This document shows positions 27,044 through 41,952 of a stretch of 64,000 bases of DNA, piece by piece. Position 1 is the first letter of the stretch, and the number at the start of each line of letters is the position of its first letter. The stretch lies in assembly GCA_964016885.1 (NCBI GenBank), contig OZ024757.1, forward strand, positions 23,560,001 through 23,624,000, read 5' to 3'. The translations under genes were made by a program, and so were the position numbers. This DNA is from Eledone cirrhosa (lineage: Eukaryota). The notes beneath the pieces were generated by a model that saw only the letters and a list, made by a program, of their open reading frames with translations, did no database searches and was not told the DNA's origin.

Positions 27044-27390
27044 TAATAATAATGAAAATTATAGTGTACAATACTCAGGTGCACTACAACTCATCAAAGG
27101 TGCATGTATAGTACATAGAATAATGTATAAATGTCAGGAAAGTGAACACTGTATGAGTCATGATATACACACAGATACATGTGTATGTGTGTGTATGGAA
27201 GGGGAATATCAGATGTAGTGTTGGCAAATTTCCAGAAGCATGGAAATTTTGAAAGATGCAGTGTCCCGACAGCTAACAACTGATGCAGGTAGTTTGTTCC
27301 ATGCTTCAGTAACTCTGAGTAGGAAAAAACGTTTCCGAAATTTATGGGAGCTGTGCTGTTTTCTGACTTTGTAGGCACATTCACGGGTGT
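27044..27390 (-). mobile_element. CR1-like LINE 3' end
   Basis: ORF 27209-27397 RKRFFLLRVTEAWNKLPASVVSCRDTASFK, then a 3' UTR and (ATT)n tail. Confidence 0.8.
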
Positions 27391-27976
27391 TAGACACTTA
27401 TGAAAGAGCTAACCTTTTTGATTCATGCCACATTAAAACATCTCAAAAAATTGTGAAACTACAGACTGCAATATATTTTTTGAACAGCCATGCCACTCTA
27501 CCTAAGGCCTGAATGCATTCCTTGTTACCCCATAGGAAAGACAAAGCTGTGTGATTGCTTTTATTGCATCTGACCATACTCCAGTTTTTGGTGGTCTTAT
27601 TTATGTTAGTCAACAATTTGATACTATTCTCAGACATACAAAAACAAAGCTTTTTATTTTAGAAGCAGCCATTATTTGCCTTATCGTAGCTACATTGCTG
27701 GGTTGTGAAAGTTCTTTTTTTTTTTTTGAGAGCTAACAGTGTCACCCATTTCTCCTAATAGTTTACCACTGTTAGTCCAGGCTTGTTTATTCATCTGTCA
27801 TAAACCCTTTGTTATTACAACTAACCATCATATCTGGTGGTCATATCACCAAGCGCCACCTGCAACCCATCCTTTATATATATATATATATATATATATA
27901 ATTGGTGTTGGATGCTTAAAGTGTCCGTATGCGGTAGGCTGTTTGAGCACTTGATTCCCTCATAGAGCAGAGTATG

Positions 27977-28243
27977 ATATCACAGAAAAAAAGAGAATCA
28001 GTGTTGCGACGAAGGAATTTATTGGACATATTACAATTGTTTCTCGGGCGACCAGCTCGAGGCACAATCGATATAGGAAAATCTGCTTCGTAGAATCGAA
28101 ACTTATCCGAGGACCACGCGATTTCAGAGTCAGGTTTGATCACCACATCGATCGTGCCTCGAGCTGGTCGCCCAAGAAACAATTGTAATATGTCCAATAA
28201 ATTCCTTTCGTCACAACGCGGATTCTTTTTTTTCCGGTGATAT
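27977..28243. repeat. inverted repeat, arms about 96 bp, spacer 74 bp (Penelope pseudo-LTR-like)
   Basis: 27977-28072 is the reverse complement of 28147-28243 with few mismatches. Confidence 0.9.
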
Positions 28244-29174
28244 ATAAATAAACATGTTTCATGTTAAAAACACATCATGTAGACAAACATTGGGTGTGTC
28301 AAGAATTATAGAAACAAAAATTATCGAGATGAAGTATTGAGGGGATAAGAAGTTCATAGAAAAATTTGAAACTCAAACCTGAGAAACAGCCATTAAAACA
28401 GCTGAATGCTATCAATGACAACACCATGGAAGTCAGGCAAAAATACCCCTAAGTATGGAAAACAGTGGGCAGTGATTTCCATGGAAAGGGAAAGTTGTGA
28501 GGTGGGTGAAAAGTATATTTGATAGGTCAGATGCCGAGTGATACACGAAATTATATATTTAATTTGATTTTATACAAATTTGTATAAAGGTGTGATCCTT
28601 TCAGAGTCGGTAATGTGGCTCTCTTAGGTATGCATCCTAGGTGACTATGTATTTGACTTTAATGGTAATGCTGGCCCTGTATAAAACCAAGAGTCTTTGA
28701 AGCTCAGTAACGAACCTCTCTCAGGTTGGTGCCCTAGATGGCTGCCTAGGTGGCCTTAATGGTAACACCTCCCTCAGGTTGGTACTCTAGTTGGCCTTAC
28801 CATTAATTATCTTGTATTATTTCAGTTAATTATTTTTGGGATATTTACCCCCTTACAACTTGACATTTATTTATACAACTGCCATCCTGAATAATCATAA
28901 GCTACCTATAGCAGAACAGTCTTTCGCTCTTTACATCTGATTTCTCTTATCAGTTTTTCTCCCCTCGCGGCTCATATCTTCTACATATCTTTCATTTCTC
29001 TCTCTTTCCTTCTCTGGAAAAAAAATCAATGGGGTTTAGACCTGGAGTAGGGATGGTCTTCACCGGCTGAATAAAATCTCTTAAAGATAATGTGGGTCAC
29101 AAAGATGCCCTTAAGTCTCCATCAGGAAATACAGGTCCATAAATACATTGAGGGTCTCTTTGGCTCTCATTTCC

Positions 29175-29213
<39 letters not shown>

Positions 29214-29274
29214 GAAATCAACTGGGTTCAGACCTGGAGAAGGGTTGGGCTTTGCCAGGTTTAGAAAATGCTTC

Positions 29275-30394
29275 TACGACAGATGAGATCTGTGAATGGA
29301 GCAAGACTTCAGAGAGAAGAAGAGAGACTTGGTGGTCAAACAATAAGATAAATGTAACAATTAAGGCTAAGAGACAGGCATGGAAAAATGGAAGAATGGA
29401 AGAAGCAGGGTATACTATATAGAGGACAGGAGGGAAGCTAGGCGACAAGTATATTTCACAAGGAGGGAAGTGGAAGATGAAAATGTCAAGCATGTTTTTC
29501 AGCGTGAAGACCAGAAATGGGAGATGATCAGGATTGCGAGACAGTGTGTTAGGGAAAATTGTGATTTCATTGGTGAGAAGTGTGTCTGTGATGATAAAGG
29601 TGCACTTGCCGTCACAGACACTGAAAAGAAAGTAGCCTAGAAGAGCTATTATGAAAGATTACTAAATGAGGAGAATGCTTAGGAGAAAGAGAGCCTACCC
29701 CAAATGGACCCTATAGAGGGCCCAGCTATACAAGTCAGCAGCAGTGTAGTAAATAAGGCAATTAAGGATATGAAGACTGGGAAAGCAGCCAGCCCATCAG
29801 GGATAGTTGCCGAGATGCTGAAAGCATCTGGGTAAGTGGGTCACCTTAACCATTTGTGTTATAAACCATGTAATACTAAATGGCTTCATACCAAATGACT
29901 GGCACAGCAGCATCATTGTCAACAACTACAAGAGTAAAGGAGATGTGCTAGATAGAGGAAACTATAGAGGCATCAAGTTGATGGACCAAGTCATGAAAGT
30001 AACAAAGAGTTATAGCATAGCTGATTAGGGACCGGGTTAATCTAGATGAGATGCAGTTCAGATTTGTGCCAGGTAAAAATATGATAGATGCTCTCTTCCT
30101 TGTGAAACAACTACAGGAGAACTACCTAGCTCTATCTGGTGTTTGTTGATCTTGAGAAAGCTTTTGACAGAGTCCCCCATGCCAGTATTTGGTGAGCTCT
30201 TAGAAAACTGGGAGTAGAAGAGTGCCTTGTGATGACTGTACAAGCCATGTATAGGGGAGCAGCCAGCAAAGTTAGTATTAACAACTATAGCAAGGAATTT
30301 TACATATAGGTTGGCATTCATCAGGGCTCCGTCCTTAGCCCCCTAATCCATGCTAGTGTGGAAATGGACGTTAAACAGTGATGATGTTGATGAC
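29275..30394 (+). mobile_element. decayed RTE LINE reverse-transcriptase fragment joined to a 3' tail
   Basis: Motifs ETWW.NN, GKAA.PSGIVAEMLK, KGDVLDRGNYRGIKLMDQVMKV, FVDLEKAFDRVP and GIHQGSVLSP, with stops and frameshifts. The tail CTAATCCATGCTAGTGTGGAAATGGACGTTAAAC follows. Confidence 0.9.
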
Positions 30395-32053
30395 TCCATC
30401 AGAAAATACGGCTCCTTATAAAGATACATTATTGAATATGTGAAGATATGTGGCCCAGTGGTTAGGGTGTTGGCCTTACAATCATAATGTTATGTGTTCA
30501 GTTTCTGGACTGGGTTGTGTGTTGTGTTCTTGAGCAAAACACTTCATTTTTCATTGCTTCAGTCAATTCAGTTGAAAATAAGTACCAGTAATAGCTGGGG
30601 GTTTAATCCTATGATTGACTGGCATACTATCCAGGAGGGAGTCATATACTCTCAATTGCTTAATGCCAAGGCTTGGAACAAACTTTAATTCTGAAATGGA
30701 CTGGCATTCTGTCCTGGGGCAAAGTCTTGTACCCCCAGTTGCTTAACACCAAGAAAACCAGGATAAAAACTGACCTAATGAGCCTCTGCACTTAGGAAAG
30801 ACTTTGGACCTTTTTTTAGGGTGTGTATACTTAGACACACATTAAAACAGCGAGGTAAATAAGTTACAAATAATTTTAACAGAATTCAATTTATATAGAA
30901 ATATGTTGAAATCATTTGTAACATTCACCTCACTGTTTCATCGTGCATCTGAGAATGCCCATTTAAAAGATCTAGTCTTTCCTAAGCCCAGAGGCTCATC
31001 AGGCTGGCGCTTATCCTGGTTTTCTTGGTATTAAGCAACTGAGAGTGCAAGACTTTCCCCTGGACAGGACACCAATCTATTGCAAGGTTAATCTGTTCCA
31101 AGCCTGGAAGTCATTAGGCTGGAAATTGTCCACGTTTCCTTGTAGTTAAGCAACTGAGAGTACAAGACTTCCTCCTGGACAGGACACCAGATACAACGAT
31201 AAAACAGCTAGGTAAATAGTTACAAATAATTTCAACAGAGATTCAATTTATATAGGAATCTGCTGGATATTTACTAATGCCAGAATCAGAAACGGGAGTA
31301 CAAGACTTCCTCCTGGACAGGATGCCTGACACAATAAAACAGCTAGGTAAATAAAGTTACAAATAATTTCAACATATATTCAATTTATATAGGAATCTGC
31401 AGGATATTTGCTAATGCCAGAATCAGAAATGCACAAATGTATCTGTCAGTATTACATCTATATAATACCTTCCTTTGGTTAAAAAATAATAATAATAATA
31501 ATAATAATTCTTCATCAGATTGGTTTTATTTGTTGCTCTCACCAACTCAGTTAAGCATAACATTGAAAGTATTTATTATCTTCATGGCTATTTGTGTCTT
31601 TAGTTATTGTTGTTGTTGTTGTTGTTATTGTTGTTGTAGTAGTTATAATTTATGAGCTAAAGAAGTGAGATATGTAGCAACAACACTAACACCCTTTTGA
31701 TCTATTTCTCCGGAGAAAAAAAACTAATGTTTGAGGCTTACCAACCATGAACTCTGCTTATTTAAAACCTTTGCTTCAAGCATCAAAGGATATAAGTAAT
31801 AAAACAAAATGATAGCAACAACAACAATAATAATAATAATAATAATAATAATATAATAATGATGATGTTGATGATGATGATGATGATTTCTTTTATTTTC
31901 CACAAGGGCACTAAATGAGGAAATATTACAAAGACAAATTACATAAAATGTGGCGGGTTACATAGAAATTGGATGAGGAAAAAAAATAAGATATATATAG
32001 AATTATATATTTATATATATACATATATATATATATATATAGAATTATATATT

Positions 32054-32114
<61 letters not shown>

Positions 32115-32461
32115 GGAAGATGATTTATCACAATAATTGTTCCTACAATCGGCACAGGGCCAGCAATTATCCCAGTGTATTACTGGTACTTTATTTTATC
32201 GACCCCCGTTAGGATGAAAGGCAAAGTTAACCTCGTCGGGATTTGAACTCAGAATGGCAAGGGCCGTAACTCTATGCGCCAAAGCATGGCGTCCGACAAA
32301 GCATGGCGTACCGATACTGCCAATAATAATAATATTTTAGGCACAATGACAACAATTTTGGAGAGGGGAAAGTCGATTAAATTGATCCCAGTGCATTACT
32401 GGTATTTTATTTTGATGATAAAATATATTCATTACTTGGCTGTAAGATAATATATTGCATA

Positions 32462-33470
32462 TGAGGTACACCCAAGAGGTTTTGAGACTTAGAGAGATAT
32501 TTATTTAACTCAGATCAACACAAAACTCTAGTCTCCCTCAATGTAGAACCCTCCAACTTCAATGCCCTTGTTGTAGTGCTCCAGCCACTTCTGGAAGCCC
32601 CCTTGTAGTTTTCAGAATTGAAGGTGTCCAGGGAGCTTGTCACAGCCTCCATCTCCTCCACATTCTCAAAGCTTCTCCTGAGTGTCTCCTTCAGCTTCAG
32701 GAACATCCAGAAGTGACATTGGGGACCCAGTGGATGTAGAAGATGCCCTTGCTATCAAAGAATGGGTTCATCATGTGCTTCCCAGTGGACCTGCTTTACC
32801 TGGCCTTCTTGTGTCTTGGGAAGTCAAAATGTTTTTACTAGGCACTCTGTCTCTTGGTCTCTGGATCATAATGGTAGACCCAGTTCTCAGTGCAAACAAT
32901 CATGACGATCTGAACATATACAAACTTTGTACATGTTCAGATAGTCATGAATGACTGCACAGGGCCCCACTTCAAATTGTTTAACTATCGTCACTAGAGA
33001 TGCACAACGGTCATTGTCCAGAAATTTGTAAATTTTGTCGACTAACTTTGGTGTCCTGATGTCGCTCTCCCTGCCACACCTTTCGTCATCCCTCACCTGC
33101 TCCCTGCCCTCCTGGAATCCCTTGTGCCCGCAGAAAACATTCACCTGGCTCATAAACGTTAGTCCGTAAGCATCTTTGACCATTTCATCAGTTCTTGCAG
33201 TGATTTTGCCAAACTTGACACAAAACTTTATTACAAATCAAGCCTCCAAGTTGTTCTCACGTCCCAACTGCATTGTAGAACCAGTCAGCTGTGACAAGAC
33301 ATGTATGACAGGTAGGGTTTAAAGTGCTGTAGCGGCCTGAACCTTGGGGAAAAAAGATTTGGCATGTTAGCTTATCATAACCTTATCAAGGATGCATTAG
33401 AGTGACAGTTACGTAGGTCAATTAAAAGTGCCAGAAAAGAAAGTCTCAAAAAGCCCTTGAGAGTACCTCA
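32462..33470 (-). mobile_element. internally deleted mariner transposon
   Basis: TIRs TA|TGAGGTACACCCAAGAGGTTTTGAGACTT and AAGTCTCAAAAAGCCCTTGAGAGTACCTCA|TA. Decayed transposase segments: FCVKFGK...AYG...FQEGREQVRDDERCGR (HTH region) and FLKLKETL...FENVEEM. Confidence 0.88.
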
Positions 33471-33509
33471 TACTTTGTGTTTGTCATCAACTACTGCCTG
33501 ACAATCATG

Positions 33510-34425
33510 CTTTATCCTGGTCCATGTTTGACTGCACTGGGGCATTTGCTCCTTCACTTTTTGTGCAAGGAATGCATGCCAATGAACGGGCGTTCAATTT
33601 GCTTAGAACTTAACTACATAGAGAACTGGACATGTCATGGCTGATGATTCACAAATATGAGCTAAAGTTATGACATCTCCAGTTTTTCCTTGAGTTGCTA
33701 TCCGCTAGACACGTCTTTCTCCAGCGCATCTCTTTCATGGAGCTGCATTCCTGGGTCAAGCAAAAACCAAGAAAGAGCATTTGGAAACTGAAATGTCTTC
33801 AAGTGCTCACAACTCTCTTCCAATAAGACAGTATGATCAGTGGAAACTACCTAAAGAGGGTTAGTGGCAGGTAAAAGTGAGGATGTCCTTAGGGAGATTT
33901 TGTGTATTGATTAAAATCAATTATCCACTCTTTTCTGAAGGACTTTTCGTCCAGGGCCCATTGATTACTTCCAGAAATCCCTGGCCTGGCAGGGCTACCA
34001 GGGAGCATTGCCAGTTCAAAATAAACTCCATAGGCATGGAAATGCCATCAGCTGGGCCTGTCCCAGATGCACACAGGGCAACAAAAAACCTCCTGCACAA
34101 ACTCATTGAGTGTCTGAATATTGCTGACTTATGGGTTTATATTGAACACCTCCTATCATGAGTAGGAAAGATCCGGCTATCAGCTGAGTCCCTCATGAAG
34201 ATCGCATTGACACCTATTTTTAGCCAGGAAGAACAGACAGTTTTTATCTGTCTGGTTCCCATGGCAAAAAAGTTGCGTGGTGGACACATTTAAAAGGGTT
34301 GAAGACAAGCATTTTTTTCTTCAGCAAAACCCTGATCAACTTTTTCAGCTTTCACTTGAAGAGGAAGATCAGCATGGAAAGGAAAGAGCTACCTTCCAAC
34401 CGGTTTATTTAAAGATGTGTGAGAG
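33510..34425 (+). mobile_element. decayed Tx1/L1-like LINE 3' fragment
   Basis: Frameshifted translation ELHSWVKQK...[26 protein letters not shown]...ADLWVYIEHLLS is homologous to the ORF at 38625-39683. Confidence 0.8.
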
Positions 34426-34659
34426 AAGTACCAGTAATGGACAGGGGTTGATTTAATCAACTTTCCCCTCCCCCTTCAAATTGCTGGCCCTGTGCCGAAA
34501 GTAGAAACAACTATTATTATTGGCAGTATCGGTAGAGGGTCGGACACCATGCTTTGACGCATAGAGTTACGGCCCTTGCCATTCTGAGTTCAAATCCCGC
34601 CGAGGTTAACTTTGCCTTTCATCTTTACAGGGTCGATAAAAAAAAAATAAAGTACCAGT

Positions 34660-34980
34660 CATCATCATCTTTTCTTCATCATCATCATCTTTTCTTCATC
34701 ATCATCATCATTTCATCATCATCATCATTTCTTCATCATCATAATTTCTTCATCATCATCATCTTTACTTCATCATCATCATAATTTCTTCATCATCATC
34801 ATCTTTACTTCATCATCATCATCATCTTTTCTTCATCATCTTTTCTTCATCATCTTTTCTTCTTCATCATCATCATCTTTTCTTCATCATCATCATCATC
34901 ATCTTTTCTTCATCATCATCATCATCATCATCTTTTCTTCATCTTCTTCGCCATCATCATTTTCTTCATTTTCTTCTTCT
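34660..34980. repeat. (CAT)n/(CTT)n compound microsatellite splitting a SINE
   Basis: SINE 5' half at 34520-34660; SINE sequence resumes at about 34983-35058. Confidence 0.85.
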
Positions 34981-35279
34981 TATGGGGTTGATAAAATAAA
35001 GTACCAGTAATACACTGGGTAATTGCTGGCCTTGTGCCAAAAGTAGAAACAATTATTATAACTTATCATTATCATAGTTACTGTTATTATTGTTCCTATT
35101 ATATCATAACCAACATGGTTGTTGTTGTCTTTGTTGTTGAGATTAGGGATAAGACTACAAAGACTAATATGTGACTAGGTTCAACACACTACAAAAAGCT
35201 GATAAGGACTGTTACATAGAAGAGATGCAAGGACCATGCGAACTCACTACTAAAGAACTACATTTAGTAGAAGAGAAGA

Positions 35280-36342
35280 GAGACGTGTGTATGTGTGTGT
35301 ATGTCTGCATGTGTATGACGTGTGTGTACGTGTGAGTAGGTATATATGTAAATGTAAGAAATACATGTATTTGTGTGTATATAAGCATTGGTGTGTAGAT
35401 GTACTGTATATATGTATGTGTGAGAGTATGTGTGAGTGTAAGAAGTATGTATGTATGTATGCGTATGTATGTATGTATGTATGTATGTATGTATGTATGT
35501 ATGCATATGTATGTATGTATGCATATGTATGTATGTGTATATATGTATATTGGTGTGGGCATGTATATATGTATGTGTGTGTATGTATGAATGTAGGAAG
35601 TACGTATGTGAATGTATGTGTATGTAGGTAGATGTGTGTATGTATGTTGGTGTGTCTGCTTGTGTGCATGTGTGAGTGTAGTATGTATGTATGTATGCAT
35701 ATGTATGTATGTATGTATGCATATGTATGTATGTGTATATATGTATATTGGTGTGGGCATGTATATATGTATGTGTGTGTGTCTGTATGTATGAATGTAG
35801 GAAGTACATATGTGCATGTATGTGAATGTATGTGTATGTAGGTAGATGTGTGTATGGATGTTGGTGTGTCTGCTTGTGTGCATGTGTGAGTGTAAGATGT
35901 ATGTATGTATGTATGTATGCGTATGTATGTATGTATGCATATGTATGTATGTATATATATGTATATTGGTGTGGGCATGTATATATGTATGTGTGTGTGT
36001 GTGTATGTATGAATGTAGGAAGTACATATGTGCATGTATGTGAATGTATGTGTATGTAGGTAGATGTGTGTATGTATGTTGGTGTGTCTGCTTGTGTGCA
36101 TGTGTGAGTGTAAGATGTATGTATGTGCATGTGTATGTATGTATGTATGCATATGTATGTATGTGTATATATGTATATTGGTGTGGGCATGTATATATGT
36201 ATGTGTGTGTATGTATGAATGTAGGAAGTACATATGTGCATGTATGTGAATGTATGTGTATGTAGGTAGATGTGTGTATGTATGTTGGTGTGTCTGCTTG
36301 TGTGCATGTGTGAGTGTAAGATGTATGTATGTGCATGTGTGT
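35280..36342. repeat. (TATG)n-rich region with a higher-order repeat of about 200-220 bp (4 copies)
   Basis: The marker TTGGTGTGGGCATG recurs at about 35550, 35748, 35967 and 36178. Confidence 0.9.
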
Positions 36343-36374
36343 GGTTAAGGACCTTGAAACCTATTGAGGGGTAT

Positions 36375-36719
36375 CATTCATTTCATTCATTTCATTTTAC
36401 GTCCGCTTTTTCCCTGCTTGCAAGGGTGGGACGGGAACTGATTCTGGCTTGATTTCTACAGCTGGATGCCCTTCCTAACACCAACCTCATTTACAGTGAG
36501 TGCTAGGTGCTTTTTTGCTGTGGCACCTCCACGGCCAATTTTGCAGTGGAATGATAGGGACCCCACTCCCTATCATCTCATTTCTACAGCTGAGTAAACT
36601 GAAACAATGTGAAATAAAGTGTCTTGCTCAAGGAAACAACACATCAGCCGGTCTGAGAATTGAACTCACAACCTTTCGATTGCAAGGCCAATGCTCTAAC
36701 CACTAAGCCATGTGCCTCC
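36375..36719 (-). mobile_element. full-length tRNA/CORE SINE with RTE tail
   Basis: Same family as 9785-10247. Confidence 0.85.
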
Positions 36720-37022
36720 ATGTATATTCAATACTATCTCAAGATAGTGTGTGTTGGTCCTGTCAGAAGCAAGCGTCTCCAATTAATCCGGCTGAATCCC
36801 CAAGAGAGATCAGTCGAGCTCCTGGATGTTATCCAACCATCTTGCTTGGAGAATACCCCTGCATCTCCTGCCAGTTGGTTTGCCTGTAAAATCTGTCCAG
36901 CAATTCCTTCCTGAGACATTCTAACCACATGTCTGTAATATCAGAGCTGTGATCTCTTAATTCAGAGAAGTAGCAGCTGGCTCTACCTGGAGTGACTCTC
37001 TGATCTCCGAGCTACATACACT

Positions 37023-37584
37023 TCTTCTTTTCGTATCTTTGAAGCATGTGGTCATATGACAGTTTCCCCCATTTCTTTACACAGTCCTTTGCATTATTAT
37101 TAAATTCTGCGAGGGCGGTGGATTGGCAGTATCGGTAGAGAGTCGGACGCCATGCTTTCCAGCATAGTTACGTCCCTTTACAGTCTGAGTTCAAATCCCG
37201 CCGAGGTTGACTTTGCCTTTCATCCTTACGGGGGTCGATTAAATAAAGTACCAGTAATGCACTGGGTAATTGCTGGCCTTGTGCTAAAAGTAGAAACAAT
37301 TATTAAATTCTGCGAGATCTTTTAAGCTGCACTGGTTGGGTAGTAGAGGGCAAACAAGGCAGTGGTGCATCGTGTGGTCCTCCTCTCTGCATTCGCAGAT
37401 GGTTGGGCCCCGGTCTTGTAGCCCCATCTGGCCATAGCAGCTTTTGATCGCCTACCAACCCGAACAACCTGCATCTCCTCGATGGCATTGCCCCTGCAGA
37501 TGTGAGACGGGAAGCTGCCAGCCGAGTAGAGATCACAAAGGTTATCCTCCGGCCCAACGACTGAAGTCAAGGAGAAGCTTCCTC
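37023..37584 (-). mobile_element. 5'-truncated LINE (Ingi/Vingi-like) with a C-terminal zinc knuckle
   Basis: RSKAAMARWGY..., then after a frameshift CECGEEDHTMHHCLVCP. 3' end GATACGAAAAGAAGAAG. A 13-bp TSD AGCTACATACACT lies at 37010-37022 and 37585-37597. Clade assignment is tentative. Confidence 0.7.
37114..37298 (+). mobile_element. full-length Meta-domain-like SINE with perfect TSD
   Basis: 18-bp TSD ATTATTAAATTCTGCGAG at 37096-37113 and 37299-37316. Confidence 0.9.
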
Positions 37585-38511
37585 AGCTACATACACTGTT
37601 GAGTTACGTTACTCCAAAGACCCTAAAGAGGAACCCTATTTCGGTCGCTTGTATTCACGATCCTATTCTTTCAGTCATTAAATCAGGAGTAGAAATATAA
37701 CAATGTAGGTAGATGTGACCTAGTGGTTAGGGTGCTGGAATTACAATCATAATTGTTTCTACTTTAGGCACAAGGCCAGCAATTACCCAGTACATTACTG
37801 GTACTTTATTTTATCGACCTCGTAATGATGAAAGGCAAAGTTAACCTCGGCGGGATTTGAACTCAGACTGTAAAGGGACGTAACTATGCTAGAAAGCATG
37901 GCGTCCAACCCTCTACAGATACTGCCATAATGTCATTCAATTCCTGGTCTAGGTTGTGCATTGCGTTCTTGAGCAAAACACTTCATTTCACATTGCTCCA
38001 CTATACTCAGTTAAAAATGAGTACCAGCAAAAGCTGGGGGTTCAACTCTGTGATGGACTGGCATCCTGTCCAGGAGAGGTTTTGTAATCTCAGTTGCTTC
38101 ACGCCATGAAACTGGAATAAGCAAGATCTTTTTTACACATAGATACTTCAAATGTACTTTCCAAATTAAAATGCCTCATGTATATATAGATATATATATA
38201 TATATAGAGAGAGATATATATATATATATATATATATAGATATATATATAGATATATATATATAGATATATATATAGATATATATATATAGATATATATA
38301 TTTATAGATATATATATTTATATATATCATCATCATCATCATTTTACGTCCGCTTTTCCCTGCTTACAAGGGTGGGACGGGTCTTATTCAGTCCTATTCT
38401 ATATATATATATAGATATATATATAGATATAGATATTTATATATATATATATAGATATATTTTCAATTTTATTTTTCATTTTACGTCCGCTTTTTCCCTG
38501 CTTGCAAGGGT

Positions 38512-38544
<33 letters not shown>

Positions 38545-38621
38545 TAGATATCTATATATATATAGATATATATAGATAGATAGATAGATAGATATATAGA
38601 TATATAGATAATATAGATAGA

Positions 38622-39683
38622 TTTCTATTTATTGCCACGAGGGCGCAAAAGAAGGAGACAAATACAGGGGGGGGGGGGGGGGGTTACACAAAAAGGCGAG
38701 TAAAGAAAACAAATAAATATAAAACAAATAACAAATATAAAATTAACAAAGTCCTCAATAGGGAGGAGGCGTTTTTGGAGGTCGCACACACCCCCGAAAA
38801 AGTGTGCAACCCTTCTCCTCAGGAGCACAGAGAGAGGGTGCTCCCTTGTTCCTTCATCTTTTCCACCTACAGGCTGATGTAGAGAGAAGGCCCATTTCAC
38901 ACGGGCCATTCTCACCACTTTCACCCATCTTTCATAAAAGCGGCTGGGGTGCAGCACCTCTCTCTCCATCCTGATCCTTCTTCCGAAATGATATCGGAAG
39001 AAATGGACCAGTTGTTGGCCAGAGAGGAAGGTGTCTGACCTCAGTCCTTTCAGACGCATCCACCATACAACTTCTTTCACCATGGCCATTACACACAGAA
39101 ACACCGCCTCTCCTTCATTTTTGAAAGGGGGAGGCGGCTTAATCGTTACAATAGATTCGGTGGTCAACAGGATCGGTCCCACCCATGACAGCAGTCGTTC
39201 GACATAGCCCCACAGATCGGCTACACCCGAGCAGTGTACCAATGCGTGTGCAACGGTTTCCTCGTCGCACACGCATCTGGGACAGATCTTTTTGGCAGGG
39301 TCCCTACCCAGGCGCCCGTGTCTGTAGAGCTTTTCTCGAACGGGTAGAGCCCCTCGGTAGCACTGCCAGGCCAGGGACTTCTGGAAGTTGTCCATAGGTC
39401 CCAGGATGAATGTCCTACCGAACAGGCTGGCCAGTTCGTCTTCCTCCATGTCTAGGGCTTCTCCGAGGGCGTCATCGCACCTGCTGCGTACCAGCCCTCT
39501 ATAGAATCTCGAGGTGGAGTCTCGACTGATAACCGGGTCCGCCTGCCAGAGGGCCGTGAGTGCCTGGGCACATTCAGTGTGCCAGGTGCCCAGTTTTCTC
39601 AGTCTTTGCTTGACCCAGGATTGCAGCTCAGTGAGTGAGACGAGTCTGGGAAAGGGTCGTCTCACAAACAGGGCCCACACCCC
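38622..39683 (-). mobile_element. 5'-truncated Tx1/L1-like LINE, ORF2 C-terminus with zf-RVT-like domain
   Basis: Open frame containing [15 protein letters not shown]...[25 protein letters not shown]-rich relative to the flanks, ends near AATAAA, and is embedded in (TA)n/(TAGA)n. Confidence 0.85.
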
Positions 39684-41275
<1,592 letters not shown>

Positions 41276-41632
41276 AATATTCTAAATTTGAATTGAAAGG
41301 GGGGGGGGGGGGGGGACTAAAGTAGTTACTCTTATATTTTACAGATGTTGATGATGATGATGATGATGATGGACTACCAGAAATACAAACCAGACACTAA
41401 TAACAATACCTCTATTGAAGTCCAACTAAAATAAGAAAAAGTTAAAGGGTTATTTTGAAACAAATAATAAATTGAATGAACAATCTAACAAATATTCTAA
41501 TGTGTTCTAATGTTGTTGAAATATCAACCAACATTTCAGCCATAACATCATTATTTAGAATGAAATCTTGCCAGGGCTATTGTTGCCAGTTATCTTTACA
41601 AGTCAATTTATGAAAAATAAAATTATATATAT

Positions 41633-41952
41633 ATGGCTTAGTGGTTAGAGCACTGGCCTTGCAATCGAAAGGTTGGGAGTTCAATTCTCAGACTGGGCTC
41701 CCTATCATTCCACTGCAAAGGCAAAAAAGCACCCAGCCCACACTGTAAAGTGACGTGTAGGTGCCACGGCAAAAAAGCACCCAGCACTCACTGTAAAGTG
41801 GTCGTGGAGGTGCCACGGCAAAAAAAAAGCACCCAGCACTCACTGTAAATGAGGTTGGTGTTAGGAAGGGCATCCAGCTGTAGAAATCAAGCCAGAATCA
41901 GTTCCCGTCCCACCCTTGCAAGCAGGGAAAAGTGGACGTAAAATGATGATGA
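41633..41952 (+). mobile_element. tRNA/CORE SINE with internal deletion
   Basis: The head jumps to the hairpin region at the GAC microhomology (TCTCAGAC|TGGGCTCCCTATC). Confidence 0.75.
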
